Source: Octopus sinensis (taxonomy: Eukaryota). From it: 64,000 bases of DNA. Location of the stretch: contig NC_043022.1 in the NCBI RefSeq assembly GCF_006345805.1, forward strand, positions 6,944,001-7,008,000, read 5' to 3'. Positions 39,654-52,281 of this stretch are shown here, in pieces. The notes beneath the pieces are model-generated. The model saw only the letters and a program-made list of their open reading frames with translations, searched no databases and was not told the origin of the DNA. A program made the translations under genes and the position numbers. Numbering within the stretch: position 1 is the first letter of the stretch; each line of letters begins with the position of its first letter.

Positions 39654-40072
39654 GGCGCAGGAGTGGCTGTGTGGTAAGTAGCTTGCTAACCAACCACATG
39701 GTTCCAGGTTCAGTCCCACTGCGTGGCATCTTGGGCAAGTGTCTTCTGCTATAGCCCCGGGCCGACCAATGCCTTGTGAGTGGATTTGGTAGACGGAAAC
39801 TGAAAGAAGCCTGTCGTATATATGTATATATATATATATGTGTGTGTGCTTGTGTGTCTGTGTTTGTCCCCCTAGCATTCCTTGACAACCGATGCTGGTG
39901 TGTTTACGTCCCCGTTACTTAGCGGTTCGGCAAAAGAGACTGATAGAATAAGTACTGGGCTTTACAAAGAACAAGTCCCGGGGTCGAGTTGCTCGATTAA
40001 GGGCAGGCTGCCCGCATGGGCGCAGCATGAATGAAACAAGTAAAAGAGTAAAGAGTAAAGAGTATCCATTAT
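39654..40072 (+). mobile_element. SINE family A
   Basis: Full head and tail. Confidence 0.92.
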
Positions 40073-41751
40073 GTAAATCCTCACACAAATAGTCTGTCCT
40101 TGTGATGTCCCCCTCATCTTTGCCCCTGTGGCTAATAAAAGAAATCATCATCATCATCATTATTATGTGATAATTTCCTGACTATTATATTTTTTGACAT
40201 CTTTAATAATTCCAACATGATTGAATGATGATGATGATGATGATGATAATAATAATAATTGTGATGATGATGGTAAATAATACATTGTCTGGTAGAGATG
40301 CTTAATATGGGAGAATGGTGTCTGATTGCTTCAGAAAATGACCAATACTGATTAAAAAAAATAATCAAATAAAAAAACCTGATAAAATTTATTGATCTTT
40401 CCCTTGTATAATTAATGTATAGCAAGCGTCTGTTGTTGTTGTTGTTGTTGTTGTTAGTGGTGGTTGTGATCTGATATGAGAAGAACATAGTTCTTGTCAG
40501 CAGCAGACAAATTCACCCTTCTTCTTTGTGAAAAAAAAATGACAAACAGAAAAAATAAAAACTTCAACATTCAGCCCCAGGTTGAAAGAGAGAGAGAGAG
40601 GGACGTGTAGTTTGAACCTGAAGCACAAAAAGTACAAAAGATGGTACTTGAAGAATATCAACAGAAATAAATAAACTGGTGCCCAACAAAATGTAAGATA
40701 ATCTTACAAAATGGGTGGGGGAATCATAAATAAATACGAGGGGGATTTGTCTTTATTCTCCATGCTTTAGCTAAAGAAAGAAAGCGAAGCTGTGTCAGTC
40801 TTATCTCTTTCATCAGTAAAAAACCCCACCCCCGTGTCCCTTAAACATGAGCAACATGCAGCTAACTCTAAATTTTAGAATTCCCTTTTATCAAGGATCT
40901 CCCTAGGAAAAAGAACCATCTTTAACATTGCTAAAACTGACTCTTCTTTTCAGGGCCAAAAGCTACTTCAGCTCCAACAAAGGTCAAGTGTGGTCCACAA
41001 GGCAGTGTTGTTTCTATATTTAAGGGGGTGCCACTTTGAGATTGTGCCTAGAAAAGGACTTCTGGCTGACTGACCATCTTAAAAATCACACTCAAACATC
41101 CTCCAGTCTCTACCCCACAAAATACCACTGTGTCTCTTGTCTCTGACTTTTCTACCATTACTATAATGGCCTCCTCTCAGCTGGTTTTGAGGTCCCTCTA
41201 CTCAGTCCTTTCTTCCTTAGTTGTCTCTCTTCCTCCCATTAACCATCTGGTATCCACCCTTACACCCAGCTGTCCCCCTTCGGTATGTTGGTCCCCTGGA
41301 GACCCCACCACGTAGATATTTCCTGCATCTAATTATTAGCAGCAGTTGAGTGGATCAGTAAGAATGTTAACTGATCGAGAATTTTGGAGGGTTTCTAATG
41401 GCCATTGGGCCCTGTCCCTCCCTCCAGGTCAAGCAAATAAAAAAACAAAATGAAAAATCCCCACTGCAAGTCACTGCATACATGTATTGTGTACTTTCGT
41501 TGTAATCAACTGTACCCTCTCTCCACTCACACCAAACTGTGTGGCCGGGAGTGTAGTTCATTGTGAAATCTGTACCACAACAACAACAACAACAATCATT
41601 ATAAAAAGGCAGAAACGTTAGCACACTGGATGAGATGCTCAGTGGTATTTCCTCTGTCTTTATGTTCAGAGTTCAAATTCTGCCCAAGTCAACTTTGCCT
41701 TTCCTCCTTTTGGAGTCAGTAAATTAAGTACCAGTTGCATACTGGGGTTGA

Positions 41752-42090
41752 TCATCATCATCATCATTTAGCGTCCGCTTTCCATGCTAGCATGGGTTGG
41801 ACGGTTCAACTGGGGTCTGTGAAGCTGGAAGGCTTCATCAGGCCCAGTCAGATCTGGCAGTGTTTCTACGGCTGGATCCCCTTCCTAACGCCAACCACTC
41901 CGTGAGGGCAGTGGGTGCTTTTTACGTGCCACCTGCACAGGTGCCAGACAGAGCTGGCAAACGGCCACGAACGGATGGTGCTTTTACGTGTCACCGGCAC
42001 GGGGCCAGGCGATGCTGGCAACGGACACGAACGGATGGTGCTTTTACGTGCCACCGACACGGGGGCCAGACAGAGCTGGCAAACGGCCAA
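41752..42090 (-). mobile_element. SINE family D
   Basis: (CAT)n at left; reverse complement of the 19661 type. Confidence 0.85.
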
Positions 42091-42654
42091 GCTGGCAAAT
42101 CTAAAATTTTGGGCCTTGTGCCTAGAATAGAAAAGAATATTGTGGTATTTTGGGATAGTCATTTAAACACATGCACAATGTATTTTTTCCTTCACTCATT
42201 TATTACTGTTTTCGGGAGTAAGTGAAACAAGAACACACATGGAAATGAAAGTCTCTCTGAAGAGGTCACAGATGTGTGATGAAAGATTTCCGGACAATGG
42301 ACATGAGTTAAAATAATAAAAAAAGAACAGTAATGAATGATTGAAGAAAAAAAAAAATAAGGTGTTTATTTGACCCCACCAAAAAAACGATAACCATCCT
42401 AAAATGCAACAATATCTGTTCCAACACATAATTTCACCATCAGGAATGTTGCTAAATGAAATAATAATAATAATCCTTTCTACTAAAGGCACGGGGGGGG
42501 GGGGTGTCTAGACAATTACATTGACTCCAGAGTTTCACTGGTACTTAAATGGCCCTGAAAGGATGAAAGGTAAAGTTGACCTGCTAAATGGGATTTGAAC
42601 CCAGAACGTAGTATGGGCAAGACACCGCTAAGCATCTCTGCCAGCTTGCCGCCT

Positions 42655-42970
42655 TAACCCCTTACCTGGCAGAAACGAATATATTCGTTTTGACCGAAAT
42701 CGCTTTTTTTCTATCTCTGGCGAGTTAACTCGTCAAAAGATAGACTCGCCAAAATCGACAGCAAACGAGTTCCTTCGTCTAAAAACGGGTTAACTCGTTT
42801 CTGCCCAAAGTGGTAATTTAAGATCAATATTATTGAATTAAAATTCATAATAAATAAGGTTTGAAATATACCTCGAAATCACCATTCAAAACATAGTAAA
42901 GTAAAACAATTAAAAAATATGTCTGATAAAATACATTTATTTTCAAAATAATTGTTGGGTAAGGGGTTAA
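42655..42970. mobile_element. piggyBac-like MITE, third family
   Basis: TTAA-CCCCTTACC ... GGTAAGGGG-TTAA. Confidence 0.8.
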
Positions 42971-43329
42971 GTAAAAATAATAATAATGATTTCAAACTAT
43001 AGCTCCAAGGGCAGCTTGTCAGAGGGAATTAAGTCGATTACATTGACCCCAGTGCGTGACTGGTACTTATTTTATCAAGCCCGAAAGGATGAAAGGCAAA
43101 GTCGACCTCGGCAGAGTTTGAACTCGGAATGTAGCGAGAGGTGAAATAACGTCAAGCATTTCGTCCAGCGTGCTAACGATTCTGCCAGCTTGTGGCCTTA
43201 ATAATGTTAATAATCATAATAATAATAATAATAATAATAACTTGTTGTCTCTTGAGGTCTCTGGGTGAGACTTGGAGCCAGCTTGTGCAAATGTAAAGCA
43301 AAAGTCAAACATAGAATAATAATAACAAC

Positions 43330-43379
<50 letters not shown>

Positions 43380-43487
43380 TGATGATGGTGAAGGTGGTGA
43401 AGGTGGATAGGGAAAGCGACATTTTAAAAATTAAACTAAAGAGAAACGAAATTGTTTTTTTTTTTGTATTTGTTGTTTTGTTTTCAG

Positions 43488-43583
43488 GGTTATTTTCGTT
43501 ATCATCTGGTGATGTGGAGTCCTTCATCAACTGCAAGGATCAAGTACCTCCATTGCCTCCAAGGGACAATCAGTACACTGGAG
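43488..43583 (+). CDS. SKAP2: SKAP-like gene, symmetric proline-rich exon
   Basis: TTGTTTTGTTTTCAG acceptor and GAG|GTGATT donor; 96 nt, phase 1-1; encodes GLFSLSSGDVESFINCKDQVPPLPPRDNQYTG and keeps frame with its neighbours. Confidence 0.55.
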
Positions 43584-44714
43584 GTGATTGATCAACTCCT
43601 GAAGTGGTTTATATTTTACACTACTACCCCCATCACAACCCCTACTACAATGATCACTACCACCCCTACAACCACCACCACAACTACCATCATCACCAAT
43701 ACCACCACTACTACCACAACCACTATCGCTACTACAACTACCATTACTACTACCACTACCACCACCACTACCTCCACTACACTCAGTCCAGTTTGTGATC
43801 AAATAAATTTGAAACCCCTACCTCCATTTTCCTGATCCATTTAGCTGAATGTTAGTGCTCCAGTATGGCCACTCTCCCTTAGACAGTCTGAATACAACCA
43901 ATTAACGAGATATTACTTTCTACAAATTAATGAAACAGTTGCAGCAGCACAGTGCAGCTGCAGTTCTTAATTTGCAGTGTGTGTCTGTGTGTCTCCTTTT
44001 TGTTTATATGTACAGCTATGTGGCCTTGCGGATATTTAGGAGTGAAGGATATTGTTTAAGGTCTCGATACAAAAATATGATTGAGGCAGAGGTGGAAGTC
44101 TGGTGTCTCTGTTGGGGTTTCTGATATTGGTGGTGTTAGGGTCAGGGATGAAGAAAACCTCAAGTATTAATTATGTGAAGGTGAGACACCTGGTCTGGTT
44201 GTATGTTAATTCCACAAACGGTTTTTCAGTTGATCGGATTAACTGGAACCTTCATTGTCATAACAGATGGAGAACCAGTTGTATGCAATTCCTATCTAGT
44301 TCCAGTCCCAATCTAAAGACTTGGTTCAAGCTGAGGCTTTGGAAGAAGAAAAACTTGCCCAAGATGCTATCCAGGAAGATCAAACTCGGAAGCTGGGTTT
44401 CTTGATCAAACAGTCATAGTTAAAACTGTCCACAGTATGGCATTGAGGTTCATAATGAGACCAGGGGGACACTGGCCAGTAAGATGTCTCCCTATTTGTC
44501 CCCTCACACAACAGTAGCTCTCTGGGACGTTTTTTTGTTTTGTTTTGTTTCTTTTATTGACTTCATTTGGTTGACTCCATTCTGGAGTGCTGTTTTTCAA
44601 AGGTTTCAGTTGACCCCAATCCTTTGGTATTTTTTTTAGCAATTGTGTAAAGTCCACCTTAGAATAAATAGTGCAATGTTTATTGTTTTGTCGGACAATC
44701 TCTCGCTAATAAAA

Positions 44715-45075
44715 ATACACACATATCCCCTCACATACACACACACCCTCACATACATGCACACACACACACACCCTCACATACACGCACACACCCTCAC
44801 ACACATACACCTTCACATACACACACACACCCTCACATACACGCACACACCCTCACATACACACACACCCTCACATACACACACACCCTCACATACATGT
44901 ACACACCCTCACACACATACACCTTCACATACACACACACACCCTCACATACACGCACACACCCTCACATACACACACACCCTCACATACACACACACAC
45001 CCTCACATATACACACACACCCTCACATACATGCACACACCCTCACATACACACACACCCTCACATACACGTGCA
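44715..45075. repeat. Minisatellite CACACACCCTCACATA
   Basis: Read directly. Confidence 0.9.
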
Positions 45076-45544
45076 TGACAGGCTTCCACACAGTTTCTTC
45101 TTCAACAATTTCCCTTTCAGACCATTTGTCAACCCATCACCTACAATAAAAGCACACAAGGGTCCCTACACACTTACTGGGTATTGAACTGGAACCCATG
45201 TGATTGTCAAGCTCACATCTCAACCATATGGCCATGCTTGGACTCATTTGTTGTTTACAAAAATAATGGCCATAAGTTACAGGAAATGGATGAAAGTCAG
45301 CACAGCCATGCCAATGAGGGAACCTCTATATAGTCATTTACCCAGTTAGAAATAGCAGTCATGTTTCTTTAAGTCACAGTCAACTATCTTTAATAAAGAA
45401 GGACACAGTAGATAGTGTATGGTTGAATGTAAGACAGGGTGGGCATGAATGTAATGTCTTTGATTATAGGTCTGCTTGACTTTGGGCTAAACAGCAACAA
45501 TAGGCTGCAGTAAAAAAATGCTATTTTGTTCAGTATTTATCGTA

Positions 45545-45915
45545 TGGCCCAGTGGTTAGGGCAGCGGACTCGCGGTCTTAGGATCGCAGTTTCGATTCCC
45601 AGACCAGGCGTTGTGAGTGTTTATTGAGCGAAAACACCTAAAAAGCTCCACGAGGCTCCGGCAGGGGATTGGTGGTGATCCCTGCTGTACTCTTTCACAC
45701 ACAACTTTCTCTCACTCTTACTTCTGTTTCTGTTGTACCTGTATTTCAAAGGGCCGGCCTTGTCACTCTCTGTGTCACGCTGATATCCCCGAGAACTACG
45801 TTAAGGGTGCACGTGTCTGTGGAATGCTCAGCCACTTACATGTTAATTTCACGAGCAGGCTGTTCCGTTGATCGGATCAACCGGAACCCTCGTCGTCGTG
45901 ACCGACGGAGTGCTT
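45545..45915 (+). mobile_element. tRNA-derived SINE family C, alternative tail
   Basis: TGGCCCAGTGGTTAG A-box and GTTTCGATTCCC B-box. Confidence 0.85.
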
Positions 45916-46749
45916 CCATTATCGTATGGGACACAAGCAAGACATTTCCTCCATGACAAAACACTATGAATAGCTTTGTTATGGGTTCAAATATGCCTTA
46001 AGCAGGATTGAACCAAGAACAAGTCAGTACTTATCATTCCAAACATGTTTTGTTAGCTCATGGTTCTGAGTTCAGTCCCATGGCTGTGCAGTAAAAAGAA
46101 TGACCTATAAACTGGCAGATTTATTTTCCTTAGTTTTATGATGATCCCCTTCATTTACATCAGGGTTCTCAACTGGGGTCTGCTCGGGACTTAGTACTTG
46201 CTTTTTCCATGGGTATGAGTAAGTATTTCACTTATATCTCACATATTTGCCGCTGAAGAGGGGAAAATTTCTTACGAATTAACCCCAAAATTGGACCAAT
46301 ACGGTAATAACAAATTTTTTAGAGATTTCTATCGGTGTATTTTGAGACGCATAAATTATAATGGTTATTTGACAATTATTGTCTTTTTTTCGGCATATTT
46401 GGCATTTGAATTTTTCTTTTGCCCTTATCTTGTAAATTATTTATAAATTTAACCTTTAAAGGTATTTTTTGATATGCTGGCCATTGATAACATGACTGGG
46501 ATCCTTTCCCTTTCATCGGCAGATCGAGAAATTCATTTTTTGTAACTAAACACTTTCAAACTTCGGACACTGGTAGAATGTGTCATATAAAACATCTTTT
46601 ACTCTTAGCATTTTTGAGAAAAACTTATATTTACGAAGTTATTTTGTGTTAAAGTTGTTGTATTTCGGTAATTTCAACCAATCAATGACGTGTATTCAGC
46701 TGAATAAAATTACTGCCATTGTTTGTCAACAACAACTTCCAGCTCCATC

Positions 46750-47130
46750 ATCATCATCATCATCATCGTTTAGCGTCCGTTTTCCATGCTAGCATGGGTT
46801 GGACGGTTCTACTGGGGTCTGTGAAGCCAGAAGGCTTCATCAGGCCCAGTCAAATCTGGCAGTGTTTCTACGGCTGGGTGCCCTTCCTAACGCCAACCAC
46901 TCCGAGAGTGTAGTGGGTGCTTTTTACGTGCCACCGCCACACCTGCCAGACAGATCTGGCAAACGGCCACGAATGGATGGTGCTTTTTATGTGCCACCGG
47001 CACGAGGGCCAGGCGAGGCTGGCAACGGACACGAAACGGGGCGGTGCTGGCAACGGTCGTGAAACGGAAGGTTCTCTTACATGCCACCGGCACTGGTAAC
47101 ACATCTGCAATTTCCATTGATCGATTTCGA
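46750..47130 (-). mobile_element. SINE family D
   Basis: (CAT)n tail at left; internal tandem repeats. Confidence 0.85.
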
Positions 47131-47387
47131 TATTGATAAAAAAAAAAAAAGGGCTGAGAAATACTGGATTATAGCAAGATTACCAGCAACTACAATTATT
47201 GAAGACCCCCATCCCTGCCCAACCTTCCCCTGTATATATTTCCTTTGTTTCCTTCACAGTTACTGCACTCCTCAACATATCACTTGTACTGCAGTTTATG
47301 GTGTGTTTTAAATGGTTACGATGGCCTAAATGGGTTGTAATTATTTGTAAATCATAATTGATGGGAAAAAAATATATTTGTAACTGA

Positions 47388-47552
47388 GACGCAGGAGTGG
47401 CTGTGTGGTAAGTAGCTTGCTAACCAACCACATGGTTCCGGGTTCAGTCCCACTATGTGGCATCTTGGGCAAGTGTCTTCTGCTATAGCCCCGGGCCGAC
47501 CAATGCCTTGTGAGTGGATTTGGTAGACGGAAACTGAAAGAAGCCTGTCGTA

Positions 47553-47599
<47 letters not shown>

Positions 47600-47820
47600 T
47601 TGTGTGTCTGTGTTTGTCCCCCTAGCATTGCTTGACAACCGATGCTGGTGTGTTTACGTCCCCGTCACTTAGCGGTTCGGCAAAAGAGACCGAGAGAATA
47701 AGTACTGGGGCTTACAAAGAATAAGTCCCGGGGTTGATTTGCTCGACTAAAGGCGGTGCTCCAGCATGGCCGCAGTCAAATGACTGAAACAAGTAAAAGA
47801 GTAAAAGAGTAAAGAGTAAT
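47388..47820 (+). mobile_element. SINE family A
   Basis: Full length with (GAGTAAAA)n tail. Confidence 0.92.
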
Positions 47821-48255
47821 AAGAAGTAAAATGTTGGTTTAAACTTTTGGCCTAAGGCCAGCAAGTTTCAGGGGATGAGCTAAATTGATTATATCAACCC
47901 CAGTGTGTAACTGGTACTTATTTTATCAACCCCAAAAGGATGAAAGGCAAAGTTGAACTTGGCTGTGTTTGGCATTTGAACTCAGAACATAGCGGCAAAC
48001 AAAATGCCACTAAGCTTTTTGCCCAGCATGCTAATGATTCTACCAACTCACTGCCTTCAATAATAACAACATTAATTCTTTCTACTGGAAGCACAAGGCC
48101 TCAAATTTGGGGTAAGGGATTAAGTCATTTACGTCGACCTTAAAAGGATCAAAGGCGAAGTTGACCTCGGCAGAATTTGAACATAGAACGTACCTCAAAT
48201 GAAATACTGCTAAGCGTTTTGCCTGGCATGCTAACAATTCTGCCAGCTCACTGCC

Positions 48256-48295
<40 letters not shown>

Positions 48296-48591
48296 TAATA
48301 ATAATAATGGTTTCAAATTTTGCCACAAGGGCAGTCATTTTGGGGGAGGGGACTAGTTGATCACATTGATACCAGAATTCAACTGGTACTTATTTTATTG
48401 GCCCTAGAAGGGTGAAAGGTAAAGATGACATTGGCAGCATTTGAACTGAGAATGTAAAGAGCTGTAACTAACAACTGAATATTCTCTACCAGTTCTACCA
48501 CTAGAAAGGTTTATTATTATTATTATTATAAAGGTGGAGAGTTGGCAGAATTCTTAGTGTGCTGGACGAAAAGCTTAATGTTATTTCGTCA

Positions 48592-50150
48592 GCGGCGAGC
48601 TGGCAGAATCGTTAGCACGCCAGGCGAAATGCTTAGCGGTATTTCGTCTGCCGCTACGTTCTGAGTTCAAATTCCGCCGAGGTCGACTTTGCCTTTCATC
48701 CTTTCGGGGTCGATTAAATAAGTACCAGTTACGCACTGGAGTCGGTATAATCGACTTAATCCGTTTGTCTGTCCTTGTTTGTCCCCTCTGTGTTTAGCCC
48801 CTTGTGGGTAATAAAGAAATAGGTATTTCGTCTGCCGCTACGTTCTGAGTTCAAATTCCGCCGAGGTCGACTTTGCCTTTCATCCTTTCGGGGTCGATTA
48901 AATAAGTACCAGTTACGCACTGGAGTCGGTATAATCGACTTAATCCGTTTGTCTGTCCTTGTTTGTCCCCTCTGTGTTTAGCCCCTTGTGGGTAATAAAG
49001 AAATAGGTATTTCGTCTGCCGCTACGTTCTGAGTTCAAATTCCGCCGAGGTCGACTTTGCCTTTCATCCTTTCGGGGTCGATTAAATAAGTACCAGTTAC
49101 GCACTGGAGTCGGTATAATCGACTTAATCGTTTCTGTCCTTGTTTGTCCCCTCTGTGTTTAGCCCCTTGTGGGTAATAAAGAAATAGGTATTTCGTCTGC
49201 CGCTACGTTCTGAGTTCAAATTCCGCCGAGAGTCGACTTTGCCTTTCATCCTTTCGGGGTCGATTAAATAAGTACCAGTTACGCACTGAGTCGGTATAAT
49301 CGACTTAATCCGTTTGTCTGTCCTTGTTTGTCCCCTCTGTGTTTTGCCCTTGTGGGTAATAAAGAAATAGGTATTTCGTCTGCCGTTACGTTCTGAGTTC
49401 AAATTCCGCCGAGGTCGACTTTGCCTTTCATCCTTTCGGGGTCGATTAAATAAGTACCAGTTACGCACTGGAGTCGGTATAATCGACTTAATCCGTTTGT
49501 CTGTCCTTGTTTGTCCCCTCTGTGTTTAGCCCCTTGTGGGTAGTAAAGAAATAGGTATTTCGTCTGCCGTTACGTTCTGAGTTCAAATTCCGCCGAGGTC
49601 GACTTTGCCTTTCATCCTTTCGGGGTCGATTAAATAAGTACCAGTTACGCACTGGAGTCGGTATAATCGACTTAATCCGTTTGTCTGTCCTTGTTTGTCC
49701 CCTCTGTGTTTAGCCCCTTGTGGGTAGTAAAGAAATAGGTATTTCGTCTGCCGTTACGTTCTGAGTTCAAATTCCGCCGGTCGACTTTGCCTTTCATCCT
49801 TTCGGGGTCGATTAAATAGTACCAGTTACGCACTGGGGTCGATATAATCGACTTAATCCGTTTGTCCTCTCTGTGTTAGCCCCTTGTGGGTAGTAAAGAA
49901 ATAGGTATTTCGTCTGCCGTTACGTTCTGAGTTCAAATTCCGCCGAGGTCGACTTTCCTTTCATCCTTTCGGGGTCGATTAAATAAGTACCAGTTACGCC
50001 ACTGGGTCGATATAATCGACTTAATCCTTTGTCCTCTCTGTGTTTAGCCCCTTGTGGGTAGTAAAGAAATAGGTATTTCGTCTTGCCGTTACGTTCTGAG
50101 TTCAATTCTGCCAAGGTTGACTTTGCCTTTCATCCTTTCGGGGTTGATAA
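48592..50150 (+). repeat. Tandem array of SINE family B: one head plus ~8 headless ~170-184 bp units
   Basis: The unit GGTATTTCGTCTGCCG..CTTGTGGGTA(A/G)TAAAGAAATA recurs at ~48822, 49005, 49188, 49371, 49553, 49737, 49906 and 50071. Confidence 0.93.
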
Positions 50151-50408
50151 ATTAAGCACCAGTTTCCTACTCCCCTCCCCCAAAATTCCAGGCCTTGCGC
50201 CTATATTAGAAAGTATTATCATTATTATTATTTACTTATGATAATTTGATTCCACCAATAATAACTGGAATGTTCCATTTTCCTTTTAATCATAACTAGA
50301 TTGTTCCATTTAAATTCAAAACCAAAATTGTTTTGTTCTTATTTATTGTATTAGCTATTTTCTTTCTTTTTTTTTTTGTTATTTTTCTTTTGTTTTTTCT
50401 TCTTGAAG

Positions 50409-50551
50409 ACAAAAAATGGAACTCAATCCCGGTGCCGATGATAAAACTGGACAGAGCTGAATCGGAACCCAATGTTGCTGACTTACAAACTGAAGAGGTT
50501 CCGCCCGAGACCAAACGCGATTCCATTGAAGTGGAAGAAGACTCTGATGAG
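50409..50551 (+). CDS. SKAP2: SKAP-like gene, acidic exon
   Basis: Long pyrimidine tract ending TCTTGAAG and GAG|GTTTGC donor; 143 nt, phase 1-0; encodes [48 protein letters not shown]. Confidence 0.65.
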
Positions 50552-51059
50552 GTTTGCAGTGTATACTTTAACACCCTATACGTATATATATGTATGTGTA
50601 TGTATATTATGTATGTATGTATGTATGTATGTATATATTATATATATATATATATACACATACACATACATGCATATATATATATACACACACACATATA
50701 TGCATATACATATATATATATATATATATATATGTAATACCAAGTAAGTTAGGGGATGTGGATCCAACCCACTAAGGGATAATACTTATCCAATATACTG
50801 TTGGTATAAGACCCAATTATTAATACACAAGTGTTTTTTATTGCATTGCAATAAACTTACTTATGTATGTATTAATGGGTGAAGGTAAAGGAAAGATTTT
50901 ACCATTAATCTATATTGCAAATAGGGAAAACGGAGAAGCCACATTTAGTTGGTTCATCAACTTTAGGATATTAAAATGTTGACTTATTTATTTATCAAAA
51001 CGACAACCATAATAACCATAAAACTGCCATTTAGTGTTGCTACATGATTTTACTTCACG

Positions 51060-52003
51060 AATGCTTTTAGGCAATTGCCATTTGTGCATGAGAGAGTTTG
51101 ATGAAGCTGCCCTCATCTGCACCCTCCTGCCATGAAGTTGGTTCATCTGGGACACCTGACAGGAGAGATCCAGTTTATTTTAAAGACATCTGCATCCACC
51201 CCATGCAGGTCTCTTAGGTTCTCGGGAGGATATTGAAGAGCTGTGGGCCTCGGAAGCCCAGGCTATCACAGTATCTTGTCCTACATCTTGATGGCAAATT
51301 TGGAGTCCTTGGTACCATGCAGTGGCGCCCAGTTCTGGCATTTGTGTAACTCTCGATGCCAAAGTTTGGGACAAGTCCTTCTAGGATCTTCCAGATGTAA
51401 TTATAGCATATCTTTCTCGCCTACGCTCTAGGATAGAGTCTCAATCTCTTGAGTCTTTCCCAATAGCTTATATGCTGCACAGAGGCTATCTTCTTCGTGT
51501 AGCTTCGTTGGATCGCCTCAAGTTCTGTGATTAACTTGACACTGGATGGTGACCATAGCTGAGAGCAATAGTCAAAGTGGTTAGGCAGGTGTCCTCACGA
51601 GACATCATGGTTCCTTGTCTCTTGTTCTAAAGGTTCTAAGAATCCATCCGGTCAGCCGCCTACATTTCATTGCCAATTTAGCAACATGCACATGAAAGGT
51701 TGCATTCATCACTCATGTAAATACCCAGGTCTTGCACTGATTGTGCCTCTAGGATTGCAATCCCTCCAGGTCCAGTGTATTTATTGGGTATTGCATTTAG
51801 TTTTGCATGCTGATAGCATAAAGCTTGAAACTTTTCAGCATTGAACTGCTGCATGCTATTCTTTTCAGCCCACTTGTATATTGTGTCCAGCTCACATTGC
51901 AGGTGCTAGTGTCTTCAGGGTTCTGTATTGCCTGTGAAACTTTGTATCATCTGCATAACTTGTGATTGTGGCTCTCTGCATGCTGAGGGCATGTCTGAGA
52001 GGG
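51060..52003 (-). mobile_element. 5'-truncated, degenerate CR1/Jockey-group LINE
   Basis: YADDTKF catalytic motif, then YKWAEKNSMQQFNAEKFQ, DLGIYMS and ERRRER-type C-terminal motifs; many stops. Confidence 0.85.
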
Positions 52004-52237
52004 CATGTATATATGTATATATGTATATATATATATGTATATATATATATATGTATATATATAATATAATAAATATTAGGGAATAAATCCAAATTTACAG
52101 GGAAAAAATCAGATTTAGGATTAAATCGATTTATAGTAAAATATTATAAATATTATTCGAGACAAAACCACTATTTTGCCAAACAAACAAGGAAAACTTA
52201 ATCAATACATTAAATTTAATAAATAGTCAAAAAAACC

Positions 52238-52281
52238 GCCCATACAATCGTTCTTGTCTTGATCGACAATCTTCAGGTGGA
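52238..52281 (-). ncRNA. Type-I hammerhead ribozyme motif (left-arm copy, GAAA reduced to GAA)
   Basis: Minus strand reads CCAC-CTGAAGA-TTGTC-GATCAA-GACAA-GAA-CGATTG-TA-TGGG. Confidence 0.5.

Noticed and set aside
39164-39754. 196-aa ORF as a host gene
   Set aside because: No ATG start or splice context, it runs into a SINE, and no motif is recognised; probably an old retroelement relic.
39568-39888. Recurrent ~60-105 aa ORFs MSSNARGTNT../MLGGQTQTH..
   Set aside because: Antisense translations of SINE family A copies.
40955-40985. Micro-exon candidate TTTTCAG|GGCCAAAAG..AAAG|GTCAAG
   Set aside because: It ends in a phase incompatible with flanking exons 32206 and 43488.
46815-46850. CTGATGA-like motif on the minus strand of SINE D as a hammerhead
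   Set aside because: No GAAA after the stem; it folds as one long 3' hairpin, more like a LINE-recognition stem-loop.
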